This document shows, piece by piece, positions 9,794-18,755 of a stretch of DNA of 39,617 bases. The position numbers and the translations under genes were made by a program. The stretch comes from Clostridia bacterium (GTDB lineage Bacteria > Bacillota > Clostridia > Oscillospirales > CAG-272). Within the stretch, counting starts at the first letter, position 1, and the number at the start of each line of letters is the position of its first letter. Location: the NCBI GenBank assembly GCA_024404665.1, contig JAKSPQ010000001.1, positions 1 to 39,617 on the forward strand, given 5' to 3'. The notes under the pieces are model-generated. The model made no database searches. It saw only the letters and a program-made list of their open reading frames with translations, and was not told the DNA's origin.

Positions 9794-11890
9794 TTATTTT
9801 ACGCTAAAGAGCATATCAGCGTAGCTCGGATAAGGCCAGTATGCCTTGGCGGTCTTGGTCTCGGCGGAATCGACAAGAGCTCTTAAGGCATCCATGGCGG
9901 GGATGAGCTCGTCGCGGATGGCGTAGGACTGTTCGATAACGTCGTCTATGGCCTTGACATCGGCAATCTTGGCTTCCAGGGAAGCGGTTGAAACAGCGAT
10001 GGCATCGGTGAGCTCGGAGAGGGTCTTCATTGCGGAGGACTCATAAGCGCAGGCGACGGAGCCGCATGCGGCCTTCTTGGCGATGATGGAATCGGCAAGC
10101 TTGTGAGTGTACTCGGCAACAGCGGGAGTGATGGCGGTGCCGGCCATATCGACCATGGTGTTGGCTTCTATGATAACGGTCTTGCAGTAGTTCTCAAGCA
10201 TGATGTCCACACGGGAATCGAGCTCGGTCTGAGTGAATACTCCGAGGCCCTTGAGCATATCGGCGTTCTTCTTGTCGAGCAGGTGAGGCATGCAGTCGGG
10301 AGTGGTGCGGTAGTTGAGAAGTCCGCGCTTTTCGGTGGCTTCTCCGATCCAGGAAGCATCGTAGCCGTTTCCGTTGAAGAGGATGTGCTTGTGATCCTTG
10401 ATGGTCTTTCTGATGATGCCGTGAAGAGCGGCGGTGAAATCGTCGGCGACCTCAAGCTCATCGGCGAAGCCCTTGAGAACCTCTGCTACGGCGCTGTTGA
10501 GCATGATGTTCGCGCAGGAAATGCTGTTGGAGGAGCCGAGCATTCTGAACTCGAACTTGTTGCCGGTGAAGGCGAAGGGAGAGGTTCTGTTTCTGTCGGT
10601 GGTGTCGCGGTTGAACTGAGGAAGAACGTCTACACCGAGCTTCATCTTGGTGCGGACGGTTCCGGAATAGGGAGTGTCGGTTTCGATTGCCTCAAGGATG
10701 GCGGTGAGCTCATCGCCGAGGAAGATGGAAACGACAGCCGGAGGAGCCTCGTTTGCGCCCAGACGGTGGTCGTTGCCGGCGGTGGCAACGGAGATGCGGA
10801 GCAGATCCTGATATTCGTCTACGGCCTTGATAACGGCGCAGAGGAATGTAAGGAACTGAACGTTCTCGTGAGGAGTATCACCGGGGGAGAGGAGGTTGAT
10901 GCCTGTATCGGTAGCCATGGACCAGTTGTTGTGCTTGCCGCTTCCGTTGACGCCGGCAAACGGTTTTTCATGGAGCAGGCAGACGAGACCGTGCTTGGAG
11001 GCGATCTTCTGCATCATTTCCATCATCAGCTGGTTGTGATCGGTTGCGATGTTGGTGGTTGTGTAGATGGGAGCCAGCTCATGCTGAGCGGGAGCAACCT
11101 CGTTATGCTCTGTCTTGGCGAGAATGCCGAGCTTCCAGAGCTCTTCGTTGAGGTCTTCCATGAACTCGGCTACCTTCGGCTTGATTACGCCGAAGTAATG
11201 GTCGTCCATCTCCTGGCCCTTCGGAGGCTTGCAGCCGAAAAGGGTTCTGCCTGTGAAGCGGATGTCGGGGCGCTTGTCGTACATTTCCTTAGTAATAAGG
11301 AAGTATTCCTGCTCGGGACCGACGGATGTGCGTACGCACTTTACGTCGCTGTTGCCGAAGAGCTTTAAGATTCTCAGAGCCTGCTTGTTGAGAGCGGCCA
11401 TCGAACGGAGAAGAGGAGTCTTTTTATCCAGGGCCTCGCCGCCGTAGGAGCAGAAGGCTGTGGGGATGCAAAGGGTCTTACCCTTGACGAATGCATAGGA
11501 AGTGGGGTCCCAGGCTGTGTAGCCTCTGGCCTCAAAGGTGGCGCGGATACCGCCGGAGGGGAAGGAGGAGGCATCGGGCTCGCCCTTGATCAGCTCCTTG
11601 CCGGAGAATTCCATGATTACTCCGCCGTCGGGAGAGGGAGAGATGAAGCTGTCGTGCTTCTCGGCAGTAACACCGGTAAGCGGCTGGAACCAGTGAGTGA
11701 AGTGTGTGGCGCCCTTGGCGATGGCCCACTCCTTCATGGCTTCCGCAACCGCGTTGGCGACGCTGCTGTCGAGCTCTGTGCCTTCATCAATTGTTTTTTT
11801 GAGCGATGCGTAAACCTTTGCGGGAAGATTTGCTTTCATGACTCTGTCATCAAAGACGTTGCTTCCGAACATTTCTTTTACTGTTTCCAT
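9794..11890 (-). CDS. glnN: Glutamine synthetase type III
   Basis: 698 aa, the size typical of GS-III. It has a GS catalytic core ([47 protein letters not shown]). An AAAGGAG SD lies upstream. Confidence 0.93.
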   Translation of the reverse strand: METVKEMFGSNVFDDRVMKANLPAKVYASLKKTIDEGTELDSSVANAVAEAMKEWAIAKGATHFTHWFQPLTGVTAEKHDSFISPSPDGGVIMEFSGKELIKGEPDASSFPSGGIRATFEARGYTAWDPTSYAFVKGKTLCIPTAFCSYGGEALDKKTPLLRSMAALNKQALRILKLFGNSDVKCVRTSVGPEQEYFLITKEMYDKRPDIRFTGRTLFGCKPPKGQEMDDHYFGVIKPKVAEFMEDLNEELWKLGILAKTEHNEVAPAQHELAPIYTTTNIATDHNQLMMEMMQKIASKHGLVCLLHEKPFAGVNGSGKHNNWSMATDTGINLLSPGDTPHENVQFLTFLCAVIKAVDEYQDLLRISVATAGNDHRLGANEAPPAVVSIFLGDELTAILEAIETDTPYSGTVRTKMKLGVDVLPQFNRDTTDRNRTSPFAFTGNKFEFRMLGSSNSISCANIMLNSAVAEVLKGFADELEVADDFTAALHGIIRKTIKDHKHILFNGNGYDASWIGEATEKRGLLNYRTTPDCMPHLLDKKNADMLKGLGVFTQTELDSRVDIMLENYCKTVIIEANTMVDMAGTAITPAVAEYTHKLADSIIAKKAACGSVACAYESSAMKTLSELTDAIAVSTASLEAKIADVKAIDDVIEQSYAIRDELIPAMDALRALVDSAETKTAKAYWPYPSYADMLFSVK

Positions 11891-11940
11891 AAGTTTTATC
11901 TCCTTTGGATAAAATTAATTATTTTCTGTGAATGGTGGGC

Positions 11941-12018
11941 GAATAACAAAACAAAGAGGCGCCTGTCGGAGCAGAGTTCCGAAAGACGCCATTGCCTTGT
12001 TTTGTTATTCGTTTTTTT
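11941..12018 (+). terminator. Long hairpin plus T-tract in the glnN 5' leader, terminator-shaped only in the antisense (+) orientation
   Basis: The outer stem pairs gaataacaaaacaa (11941-11954) with ttgttttgttattc (11997-12010), with inner ggcg/cgcc and tcgga/tccga pairs. It is followed by gttttttt. On the glnN strand it is preceded by an A-run and followed by gcccacc. Confidence 0.45.
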
Positions 12019-12025
12019 GGAGGTT

Positions 12026-12065
12026 AAAAAAGAGAAAAACGCCCTTTAGCTTGCACTAAAAGACG
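12026..12065 (-). terminator. Leader (attenuator) intrinsic terminator of the glnN operon
   Basis: On the minus strand the RNA reads CGUCUUUUAG-UGCAAG-CUAAAGGGCG (10 bp including 2 G-U), followed by UUUUUCUCUUUUUU. It lies about 15-55 nt downstream of the predicted start site and about 135 nt before the glnN ATG. Confidence 0.7.
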
Positions 12066-12076
12066 CCCTTGCCTTT
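12059..12076 (-). promoter_or_regulatory. Candidate antiterminator hairpin with AAGGGC hexaloop (possible ANTAR site)
   Basis: On the minus strand the RNA reads AAAGGC[AAGGGC]GUCUUU. The 3' arm (12059-12064) and last loop base are the 5' arm of the leader terminator, so the two structures exclude each other. The loop has A at position 1 and G at position 4. Confidence 0.45.
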
Positions 12077-12085
12077 GATGGGCAT

Positions 12086-12114
12086 ATTTTACACCAAACA
12101 AACACGTTTGTCAA
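12086..12114 (-). promoter_or_regulatory. Sigma-A type promoter of glnN
   Basis: On the minus strand: TTGACA (12114-12109), a 17-nt spacer, then TAAAAT (12091-12086), with TG immediately upstream of the -10. A/T tracts lie further upstream. Confidence 0.65.
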
Positions 12115-12321
12115 GAGTTTTTTTCGATTTTTTAAAGATTTTTTCGCTTTGAGACCAATAAAGGGCTTCTCACGGCTGATCGCCGCCGTTTCGCCGTCTT
12201 ACGACAGTGCTTCAGGGCAGGATAAACCGCAAAAATGAATAATGTTAATCCGCATCTTATCAAAGAATCCTGCGCGGATAATAAAAATAGGGATTTTTTG
12301 TTTGGTTTTTGAATTTTTGTA

Positions 12322-12350
12322 TTGACAAATCGTTCAAAGAGTTGTATAAT
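12322..12350 (+). promoter_or_regulatory. Consensus sigma-A promoter of the GOGAT-glnA-ANTAR operon
   Basis: TTGACA (12322-12327), a 17-nt spacer, then TATAAT (12345-12350), preceded by TG. Confidence 0.7.
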
Positions 12351-12356
12351 ACGCGT

Positions 12357-12378
12357 AAATGAGCAAAGGCGTTCATTT
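12357..12378 (+). promoter_or_regulatory. Candidate antiterminator hairpin with AAAGGC hexaloop (possible ANTAR site)
   Basis: The RNA reads AAAUGAGC[AAAGGC]GUUCAUUU, an 8-bp stem with one G-U. The 3' arm and last two loop bases (12369-12378) form the 5' arm of the downstream terminator. Confidence 0.45.
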
Positions 12379-12423
12379 CTATCACAGTATAACTGTGCGG
12401 AAATGAGCGCTTTTATTTTTTTT
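12369..12423 (+). terminator. Leader (attenuator) intrinsic terminator of the GOGAT operon
   Basis: The outer stem pairs GCGUUCAUUUC with GGAAAUGAGCGC, with inner CACAG-UAUAA-CUGUG. It is followed by UUUUAUUUUUUUU (12411-12423) and ends 22 nt before the first ATG. Confidence 0.7.
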
Positions 12424-12445
12424 CACCATCAGAAAGAGGTACAGG

Positions 12446-13540
12446 ATGAAGCTCGAAGGAGAAGTACGCATTCCGTCGGGATGCGCGATTGCTGCTGTAA
12501 TATCCAAAGAAGGAAAGAAGATGTCGGGTTCTCTGATTACCGAGGCCATGAAGCCGATGCATGACAGATCCAACGGTCTGGGCGGCGGCTTTGCCGGCTA
12601 CGGCATCTATCCCGAATACAGGGACTATTATGCGTTCCATATGTTTTTTGACTCGCGCGAGACCCGCAAGGACTGCGAGGTTTTCCTAAAGGAGCGCTTT
12701 GAGATAGTAAAAAGTGAAATAATCCCCACGAGAAAGATTCCGGAAATAAAAGATATCCCAATCATATGGCGATACTTCTTAAGTCCGCTTAAATCCAAGG
12801 TCGATGCTCTTCAGCTCAATGAGGACGAGTATACCGTAAGAGCCGTGATGCACATCAACACTCAGCTTAAGGGTGCCTTCGTTTTCTCCAGCGGAAAAAA
12901 CATGGGAACCTTCAAGGCCGTAGGCTTCCCGGAGGATGTCGGCGTCTTTTACAGGCTTGAAGAATATGAGGGTTATTCCTGGACCGCTCATGGACGGTAT
13001 CCCACGAATACTCCCGGCTGGTGGGGAGGCGCTCACCCGTTTACGCTGCTTGACCAGTCGATAGTCCACAACGGTGAGATATCTTCATACGATGCCAACC
13101 GCCGTTTCATAGAGATGTTCGGTTATCGCTGCACGCTTCAGACCGATACGGAAGTAATTACATATATTCTCGATTACCTGATCAGAAAGCAGGGATTCAG
13201 CCTCGACGAGGCCGCCAAGGTCATCGCCGCTCCGTTCTGGAGCACCATCGGCCGAATGGCTGACGATGAGGAGAGAAAAAAGTGCGAATATCTCCGCAAG
13301 CTCTTCCCGAGTCTCCTGATAACAGGTCCGTTCTCCATCGTCTTCGGATTTACCGGAGGCCTCATGGCGCTGAACGACAGACTCAAGCTGAGATCTATGG
13401 TGACCGGAGAAAAAGACGACAGAGTATTCATCGCGAGCGAGGAAGCCTCTATCAGAACAATGGAGCCCGATGCCGTAAACATCAAGGCTCCCGCAGGCGG
13501 AGAGCCTGTTATCATTCGTGTTAAGGACGGTAAATATTGA
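12446..13540 (+). CDS. Glutamate synthase, stand-alone class II glutamine amidotransferase domain (archaeal-type split GOGAT, domain 1)
   Basis: 364 aa. A Cys lies near the N terminus in an Ntn-amidotransferase context (IPSGCAIAAV), with HGRYPTNT and VHNGEISSY motifs. An AAGAGG SD lies upstream. Confidence 0.88.
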   Translation: MKLEGEVRIPSGCAIAAVISKEGKKMSGSLITEAMKPMHDRSNGLGGGFAGYGIYPEYRDYYAFHMFFDSRETRKDCEVFLKERFEIVKSEIIPTRKIPEIKDIPIIWRYFLSPLKSKVDALQLNEDEYTVRAVMHINTQLKGAFVFSSGKNMGTFKAVGFPEDVGVFYRLEEYEGYSWTAHGRYPTNTPGWWGGAHPFTLLDQSIVHNGEISSYDANRRFIEMFGYRCTLQTDTEVITYILDYLIRKQGFSLDEAAKVIAAPFWSTIGRMADDEERKKCEYLRKLFPSLLITGPFSIVFGFTGGLMALNDRLKLRSMVTGEKDDRVFIASEEASIRTMEPDAVNIKAPAGGEPVIIRVKDGKY

Positions 13541-15045
13541 TGGGTATCGAATATATCTTTCCGGAGTATGAGGTTGTCCGCAACGAGTCACGCTGCATAG
13601 CCTGCCGTGTATGCGAACGACAGTGCGCCAATGAGGTGCATTCCTATGATCCCGAGCGCGGAATCATGATAAGCGACGAAACCAAATGCGTGGATTGCCA
13701 GCGCTGTGTTTCGCTTTGCCCCACAAGAGCTCTTAAGATTGTAAAGAGTGATTGCACATTCAGGGAAAACGCCAACTGGCAGAACGATACTATTAAGGAA
13801 GTTTATAAACAGGCAAACAGCGGAGGAGTTCTTCTTTCCTCCATGGGCAACCCGAAGCCGCTGCCCGTATACTGGGACAAGATTCTTATCAACGCCTCTC
13901 AGGTTACGAACCCCTCCATCGACCCGCTCAGAGAGCCGATGGAAACAAAGGTCTCTCTCGGCAAGAAGCCGGATAAGATTACCCGCGATGCCGAAGGAAA
14001 AATGGTCTGCGACATGCCCCCTCAGCTTGAGCTGTCAATGCCGGTTATGTTTTCTGCGATGAGCTACGGCTCCATCAGCTACAATGCCCACAGCTCTCTT
14101 GCCCGCGCAGCCACTAAGCTCGGAGTATATTATAACTCCGGAGAGGGCGGACTGCACGAGGATTTCTATCAGTACGGCAAGAACACCATCGTTCAGGTTG
14201 CCAGCGGCCGCTTCGGCGTTTACGAAAAGTATCTGGGCGGAGGAGCCGCAATCGAAATCAAGATGGGCCAGGGCGCAAAGCCCGGCATCGGCGGACATCT
14301 TCCCGGAGCCAAAATCGTCGGAGACGTTTCGAGGACCAGAATGATTCCCGAGGGCTCGGATGCCATTTCTCCCGCTCCTCATCACGACATTTACTCCATC
14401 GAGGACCTCCGTCAGCTGATTTTCTCTCTGAAGGAAGCCACCGAATATAAAAAGCCGGTAATCGTAAAGGTTGCCGCCGTTCACAACATCGCCGCTATTG
14501 CAAGCGGAATTGCCCGAAGCGGAGCGGATATCATCGCCATCGACGGTTTCCGCGGCGGAACCGGAGCTGCTCCCACGAGAATCAGGGACAATGTAGGTAT
14601 CCCGATCGAGCTTGCCCTTGCCGCTGTTGATACGAGACTCCGCGACGAAGGCATCCGCAACAACGTTTCCCTTGTCGTCGGAGGAAGCATCAGAAGCGCG
14701 TCCGATGTCGTCAAGGCCATTGCCCTCGGAGCCGATGCCTGCTACATTGCGACCGCCGCGCTGCTGTCGCTGGGCTGCCATCTGTGCAGAAGCTGCCAGA
14801 CCGGCAAGTGCAACTGGGGTATCGCCACACAGCGTCCCGACCTTGTGAAGCGTCTGAATCCCGATATAGGAAGCGAAAGACTCGTAAATCTTATGACTGC
14901 ATGGAACAATGAAATCAAGGAAATGATGGGCGGAATGGGTATCAACTCCATTGAAGCTCTCCGCGGAAACAGACTGATGCTCCGCGGAATAGGACTCACC
15001 GAAAAGGAACTTGAAATCCTCGGAATCTCTCATGCCGGAGAATAA
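13540..15045 (+). CDS. Glutamate synthase FMN/Fe-S central domain with N-terminal 2x[4Fe-4S] ferredoxin module (split GOGAT, domain 2)
   Basis: It has ferredoxin motifs (CIACRVCERQC, CVDCQRCVSLCP) and GltB-core motifs (MSYGSIS, NSGEGG, KMGQGAKPGIGGHLPG, SPAPHHDIYSIEDL, DGFRGGTGAAP). I chose the ATG at 13540 (TGATG overlap with the upstream stop) rather than the TTG at 13537. Confidence 0.9.
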   Translation: MGIEYIFPEYEVVRNESRCIACRVCERQCANEVHSYDPERGIMISDETKCVDCQRCVSLCPTRALKIVKSDCTFRENANWQNDTIKEVYKQANSGGVLLSSMGNPKPLPVYWDKILINASQVTNPSIDPLREPMETKVSLGKKPDKITRDAEGKMVCDMPPQLELSMPVMFSAMSYGSISYNAHSSLARAATKLGVYYNSGEGGLHEDFYQYGKNTIVQVASGRFGVYEKYLGGGAAIEIKMGQGAKPGIGGHLPGAKIVGDVSRTRMIPEGSDAISPAPHHDIYSIEDLRQLIFSLKEATEYKKPVIVKVAAVHNIAAIASGIARSGADIIAIDGFRGGTGAAPTRIRDNVGIPIELALAAVDTRLRDEGIRNNVSLVVGGSIRSASDVVKAIALGADACYIATAALLSLGCHLCRSCQTGKCNWGIATQRPDLVKRLNPDIGSERLVNLMTAWNNEIKEMMGGMGINSIEALRGNRLMLRGIGLTEKELEILGISHAGE

Positions 15046-15048
15046 AAG

Positions 15049-15480
15049 ATGAAAAGAGTATATGTTAACGAAGAATGGTGCCTCGGCTGCAGGCTTTGCG
15101 AATACAACTGCGCTTTTGCCAATTCCGGACTTAAGGACATGGTTACGGCCCTGAAGGGCAAAAAAATCTTCCCCAGAATTCATGTGGAGACCGACGGAAA
15201 AATCAACTATGCCGTTTCCTGCAGACACTGCGAGGATCCTATGTGCATAAAGAGCTGCATTGCAGGAGCGATATCCAAGAAGGACGGCGTGGTTGTTGTT
15301 GACAGAACACGCTGTGTCGGCTGTCTTACCTGCGTCCTTGTTTGTCCCTACGGAGCTCTTTCGCCCTCGGAGGACGGAATCATGCAGAAATGCGAGCTCT
15401 GCCTGAAGAATACCTGCGGAGAGCCTGCGTGCGTTAAGGGCTGTCCGAATAAGGCCATCGTTTACGAGGAACGTGATTGA
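15049..15480 (+). CDS. 4Fe-4S dicluster (polyferredoxin-like) electron-transfer protein
   Basis: 143 aa with four Cys clusters: CLGCRLCEYNC, CRHCEDPMCIKSC, CVGCLTCVLVCP and CELC..C..GCP. A GGAGAA SD lies upstream. Confidence 0.85.
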   Translation: MKRVYVNEEWCLGCRLCEYNCAFANSGLKDMVTALKGKKIFPRIHVETDGKINYAVSCRHCEDPMCIKSCIAGAISKKDGVVVVDRTRCVGCLTCVLVCPYGALSPSEDGIMQKCELCLKNTCGEPACVKGCPNKAIVYEERD

Positions 15481-15481
15481 T

Positions 15482-16714
15482 ATGAAAAATTATGTTATTA
15501 TTGGAAACGGCACCGCGGCCGCAGGCTGCATCGAAGGAATAAGAACAACGGATAAGGAAGGAAAAATCACGGTTATTTCCGCTGAGTCCCGTCCCGTTTA
15601 CTGCCGTCCGCTTATTTCGTACTACCTTGAGGGAAAAACAACCGTAGAAAAAATGTCTTACCGTCCCGCCGATTTCTATGAAGCGAACGGCGCGGAGGTT
15701 CTGTACGGCAAAAGAGCCGTAAAGGCAGATACAGAGGCTCACACGGTAGAGCTTGACGACGGTTCCGTTGTCTCCTACGACGAGCTTGCGCTGGCCACGG
15801 GCTCATCGCCCTTCGTTCCGCCATTCGCGGGACTTGATACCGTAAAGAACAAGTATTCGTTTATGACTCTCGACGACACTCTTGCGCTTGAAAAAGCCAT
15901 TACGCCGGACTGCCGCGTTCTGATTGCCGGCGCCGGACTCATCGGACTCAAGTGCGCGGAGGGCCTCAGAGACAGAGTAGGAAAAATCACGGTCTTCGAT
16001 CTCGCCGGTCGCGTTCTCTCGAGTATACTTGACGACGAATGCGCCTCGATAGTACAGAAGCATCTCGAGGACAGCGGAATCACGGTTCTTACCGGCGATA
16101 CTGCCTCGGAATTCAGAGGAAATACAGCTGTTATGAAGAGCGGACGCGTCATCGATTTTGACGTTCTGGTTCTTGCCGTAGGCGTCAGAGCGGGCATCGG
16201 CATCGCAAAGGATGCAGGCATTGCCTGCGGGCGCGGAATTACCGTCGACAATACCATGAAGACAAGCGCGGATTCGGTATATGCCGTGGGCGACTGTACC
16301 GAAAGCCCTGATATTTCATCCGGAGCAGTTAAGGTAATGGCCATTATGCCCAACGCTTACATGCAGGGAAGAACCGCGGGAATCAACATGGCCGGCGGAA
16401 GCGCTTCTCTCGATAATGCTTTCCCGATGAACTCGATCGGCTTCTTCGGACTTCATATGATGACTGCAGGAAGCTACGACGGTGAAATGAGCGAGGAAAA
16501 GACCGGGACGTCGCTTAAGAGATTCTTTGTCAAGGACGGCCGCCTTTCGGGCTTCATCCTTATCGGAGACACGACGAGAGCGGGCATTTTTACCGCTATG
16601 ATACGCAATAAAACGCCTACCAACAGCGTAGATTTCGAACTTATGAAAAAAAGTGCGACAAATGCTGGATTTTCTTCAGAAAAAAGAAGAAAAATGTACG
16701 GAAGTGTGGTATAA
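15482..16714 (+). CDS. FAD/NAD(P)-dependent pyridine-nucleotide oxidoreductase (probable electron-input subunit of the split GOGAT)
   Basis: It has two Rossmann signatures (VIIGNGTAAAG, VLIAGAGLIGLKCAE) and YAVGDC. I prefer the ATG at 15482 over the in-frame GTG at 15473, which overlaps the upstream gene. Confidence 0.87.
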   Translation: MKNYVIIGNGTAAAGCIEGIRTTDKEGKITVISAESRPVYCRPLISYYLEGKTTVEKMSYRPADFYEANGAEVLYGKRAVKADTEAHTVELDDGSVVSYDELALATGSSPFVPPFAGLDTVKNKYSFMTLDDTLALEKAITPDCRVLIAGAGLIGLKCAEGLRDRVGKITVFDLAGRVLSSILDDECASIVQKHLEDSGITVLTGDTASEFRGNTAVMKSGRVIDFDVLVLAVGVRAGIGIAKDAGIACGRGITVDNTMKTSADSVYAVGDCTESPDISSGAVKVMAIMPNAYMQGRTAGINMAGGSASLDNAFPMNSIGFFGLHMMTAGSYDGEMSEEKTGTSLKRFFVKDGRLSGFILIGDTTRAGIFTAMIRNKTPTNSVDFELMKKSATNAGFSSEKRRKMYGSVV

Positions 16715-16718
16715 TATT

Positions 16719-17438
16719 ATGGAGATAGACGTAAAGGAGCTCGGCTTTGCCGAGGTGAACCGTAAAATACGCGAAGCGGGGAGCGAATGCAGGGTTAAAG
16801 GCTGCATCGGACAGCGCTTCATCGCGGCCGGAATGAACGGAAAGAGCATCGTAATAGAGGGAATACCCGGAAATGCTCTCGGAGCTTATCTCGACGGAGC
16901 CGTCATCGACGTTCACGGCAATGCGCAGGACGCAGTCGGCGACACCATGAACGACGGTGTCATTACGGTGCGCGGAAACATCGGCGATGCCGCCGGCTAT
17001 GCGATGCGCGGCGGAAAAATATATGTCAGGGGAAACGCCGGATACAGAGCCGGAATCCACATGAAGGCATATAAGGAAAAGGTGCCGGTTATCGTCATCG
17101 GCGGACATACGGGCAGCTTCCTCGGCGAATACCAGGCGGGCGGAATCATCGCAGTTCTCGGACTTGGGGACGGTGACGGTCCGATCGTGGGAAATTTCCC
17201 CTGCACAGGTATGCATGGCGGGAAAATGTATCTCAGAGGAGAATGCAAGGGAATAGAATTCCCCAAACAGGTCAAAACCGAGACTGTCTGCGGCAAGGAC
17301 GACGAGAAGCTTTGCGAGATTATTTCGGATTATTGCAAGGTGTTTGAAACGGATGCGGAGGAAATACTGTCATCGGTATTTACCGTGGTTACTCCGGATT
17401 CCAAGAATCCCTTCAAACAAATGTATGTAGCAAACTGA
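16719..17438 (+). CDS. GXGXG-motif protein (glutamate synthase alpha-subunit C-terminal domain homologue; split GOGAT, domain 3)
   Basis: It shows repeated beta-helix G-x-G motifs (VHGNAQDAVGDTMNDGVITVRGNIGDAAGYAMRGGKIYVRGNAGYRAG). I chose the ATG at 16719 (MEIDVKEL...). The ORF-track start at 16653 overlaps the upstream gene by 62 nt. Confidence 0.87.
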   Translation: MEIDVKELGFAEVNRKIREAGSECRVKGCIGQRFIAAGMNGKSIVIEGIPGNALGAYLDGAVIDVHGNAQDAVGDTMNDGVITVRGNIGDAAGYAMRGGKIYVRGNAGYRAGIHMKAYKEKVPVIVIGGHTGSFLGEYQAGGIIAVLGLGDGDGPIVGNFPCTGMHGGKMYLRGECKGIEFPKQVKTETVCGKDDEKLCEIISDYCKVFETDAEEILSSVFTVVTPDSKNPFKQMYVAN

Positions 17439-17459
17439 CAAAAAAGGCAGGACAGGGTT

Positions 17460-18671
17460 ATGAATTACACAAAGGAAGAAGTATTGCAATATGTTGCCGA
17501 GGAGGATGTCAAATTCATCCGCCTCTCATTCTGCGATGTTTTCGGAAGGCAGAAGAACATATCCATAATGCCCGACGAGCTCTACAGAGCCTTTGAGACA
17601 GGAATAGCGTTTGATGCCTCTGCCATCACCGGCTTCGGCGATGAAACGCAGAGCGGTCTGCTTCTTCATCCGGATCCGGATACCCTTTCCGTTCTCCCCT
17701 GGAGACCGGAGCACGGCAGGGTTGTCCGTATGTATTCTTACATAACCTATCCTGACGGAACACCGTTCGAGGCCGATACCAGAGCGCTGCTTAAAAAGGC
17801 CATTTCCGAGGCCGAAGCCAAGGGATACAGCTTCTTCTTCGGCTCCGAACAGGAATTCTACCTGTTTGAAACCGATGATTTCGGCGCTCCTACAACACGC
17901 ACATACGACAAAGCAGGCTATATGGACATAGCTCCCGATGACAGAGGGGAGAACGTCCGCAGAGAAGTCTGCCTGACTCTCGAACAGATGGGCATCTGTC
18001 CCGAGTCCTCTCATCACGAGGAGGGGCCCGGTCAGAACGAAATAGATTTCAGATATTCCGACCCGCTCACGGCAGCGGATAACACAATGACCTTCCAGAC
18101 CGTCGTAAGAACCGTTGCAAAGAGAAACGGCGTATATGCGGACTTTTCTCCCAAGCCCATTGAAGGTCAGCCGGGCAACGGCTTCCACATCAATATGTCC
18201 GTCAAACCCGATACGGGCGACTGCAATCTCGGATATATGATAGCCGGAGTTCTGGAAAGAGCCAAGGCTCTTACGGTCTTCCTTAATCCGTCCGATAATT
18301 CTTACAGACGTCTCGGACGCAGCAAGGCCCCGAAATACATTTCGTGGTCAAAGGGCAACCGTTCTCAGCTTATAAGAATTCCGGAGGTTGCAGACGGAAA
18401 GACCCGCGCCGAGCTCAGATCTCCTGATCCCTCGGCAAATCCGTATCTTGCTTTTGCTCTGATTATTTATGCGGGACTTGCTGGACTCGAAAACCAGATT
18501 CCGCTTCAGGATCCCGCGGAAATCAATCTCTTCAAGGCGGACGGAGAGACTCTCTCCAGGTTCGAAAAGCTTCCCGAAACTCGTGCGGAAGCAATAAAAG
18601 CCGCTCTTGAAAGCGATTTTATCAGAGAGCGCGTTCCCGCAAAAATATTGGAGATTTACTGCGGAAGATAA
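17460..18671 (+). CDS. glnA: Glutamine synthetase type I
   Basis: 403 aa with GS-I motifs: FGSEQEFYLF, HHEEGPGQNEIDF, GNGFHINMS, NSYRRL and ELRSPDPSANPYL. Confidence 0.92.
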   Translation: MNYTKEEVLQYVAEEDVKFIRLSFCDVFGRQKNISIMPDELYRAFETGIAFDASAITGFGDETQSGLLLHPDPDTLSVLPWRPEHGRVVRMYSYITYPDGTPFEADTRALLKKAISEAEAKGYSFFFGSEQEFYLFETDDFGAPTTRTYDKAGYMDIAPDDRGENVRREVCLTLEQMGICPESSHHEEGPGQNEIDFRYSDPLTAADNTMTFQTVVRTVAKRNGVYADFSPKPIEGQPGNGFHINMSVKPDTGDCNLGYMIAGVLERAKALTVFLNPSDNSYRRLGRSKAPKYISWSKGNRSQLIRIPEVADGKTRAELRSPDPSANPYLAFALIIYAGLAGLENQIPLQDPAEINLFKADGETLSRFEKLPETRAEAIKAALESDFIRERVPAKILEIYCGR

Positions 18672-18755
18672 CGGATCCGTTCCCGCGTTCACGGCAAAAT
18701 CAGTCCAGTCCACCCCGAAACATTCAACAGACCTTTTCTGTTCAGGAATTCAAAC

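Noticed and set aside
10103-11368. 421-aa plus-strand ORF antisense to glnN
   Set aside because: This is a shadow ORF in a GC-rich gene. The translation is Gly/Val/Ala/Asp-rich with no recognisable motifs, and the opposite strand encodes a full-length GS-III. The same reasoning applies to 805..1623, 2557..3141, 7084..7635 and 8005..8661.
12322-12564. 80-aa plus-strand ORF starting in the GOGAT promoter
   Set aside because: It begins inside the -35 element, runs through the leader terminator and is out of frame with the real first gene. It has no SD.
14035-15228. 397-aa minus-strand ORF antisense to the GOGAT core and ferredoxin genes
   Set aside because: It spans two well-supported plus-strand genes. 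Its composition is low-complexity (Ser/Gly/Ala/Asp) and it has no motifs or SD.
16653-16718. Upstream extension of the GXGXG-domain ORF
   Set aside because: It overlaps the preceding oxidoreductase gene by 62 nt, and its residues (MRQMLDFLQKKEEKCTEVWYNI) are not part of the domain. The ATG at 16719 starts 4 nt after the upstream stop.
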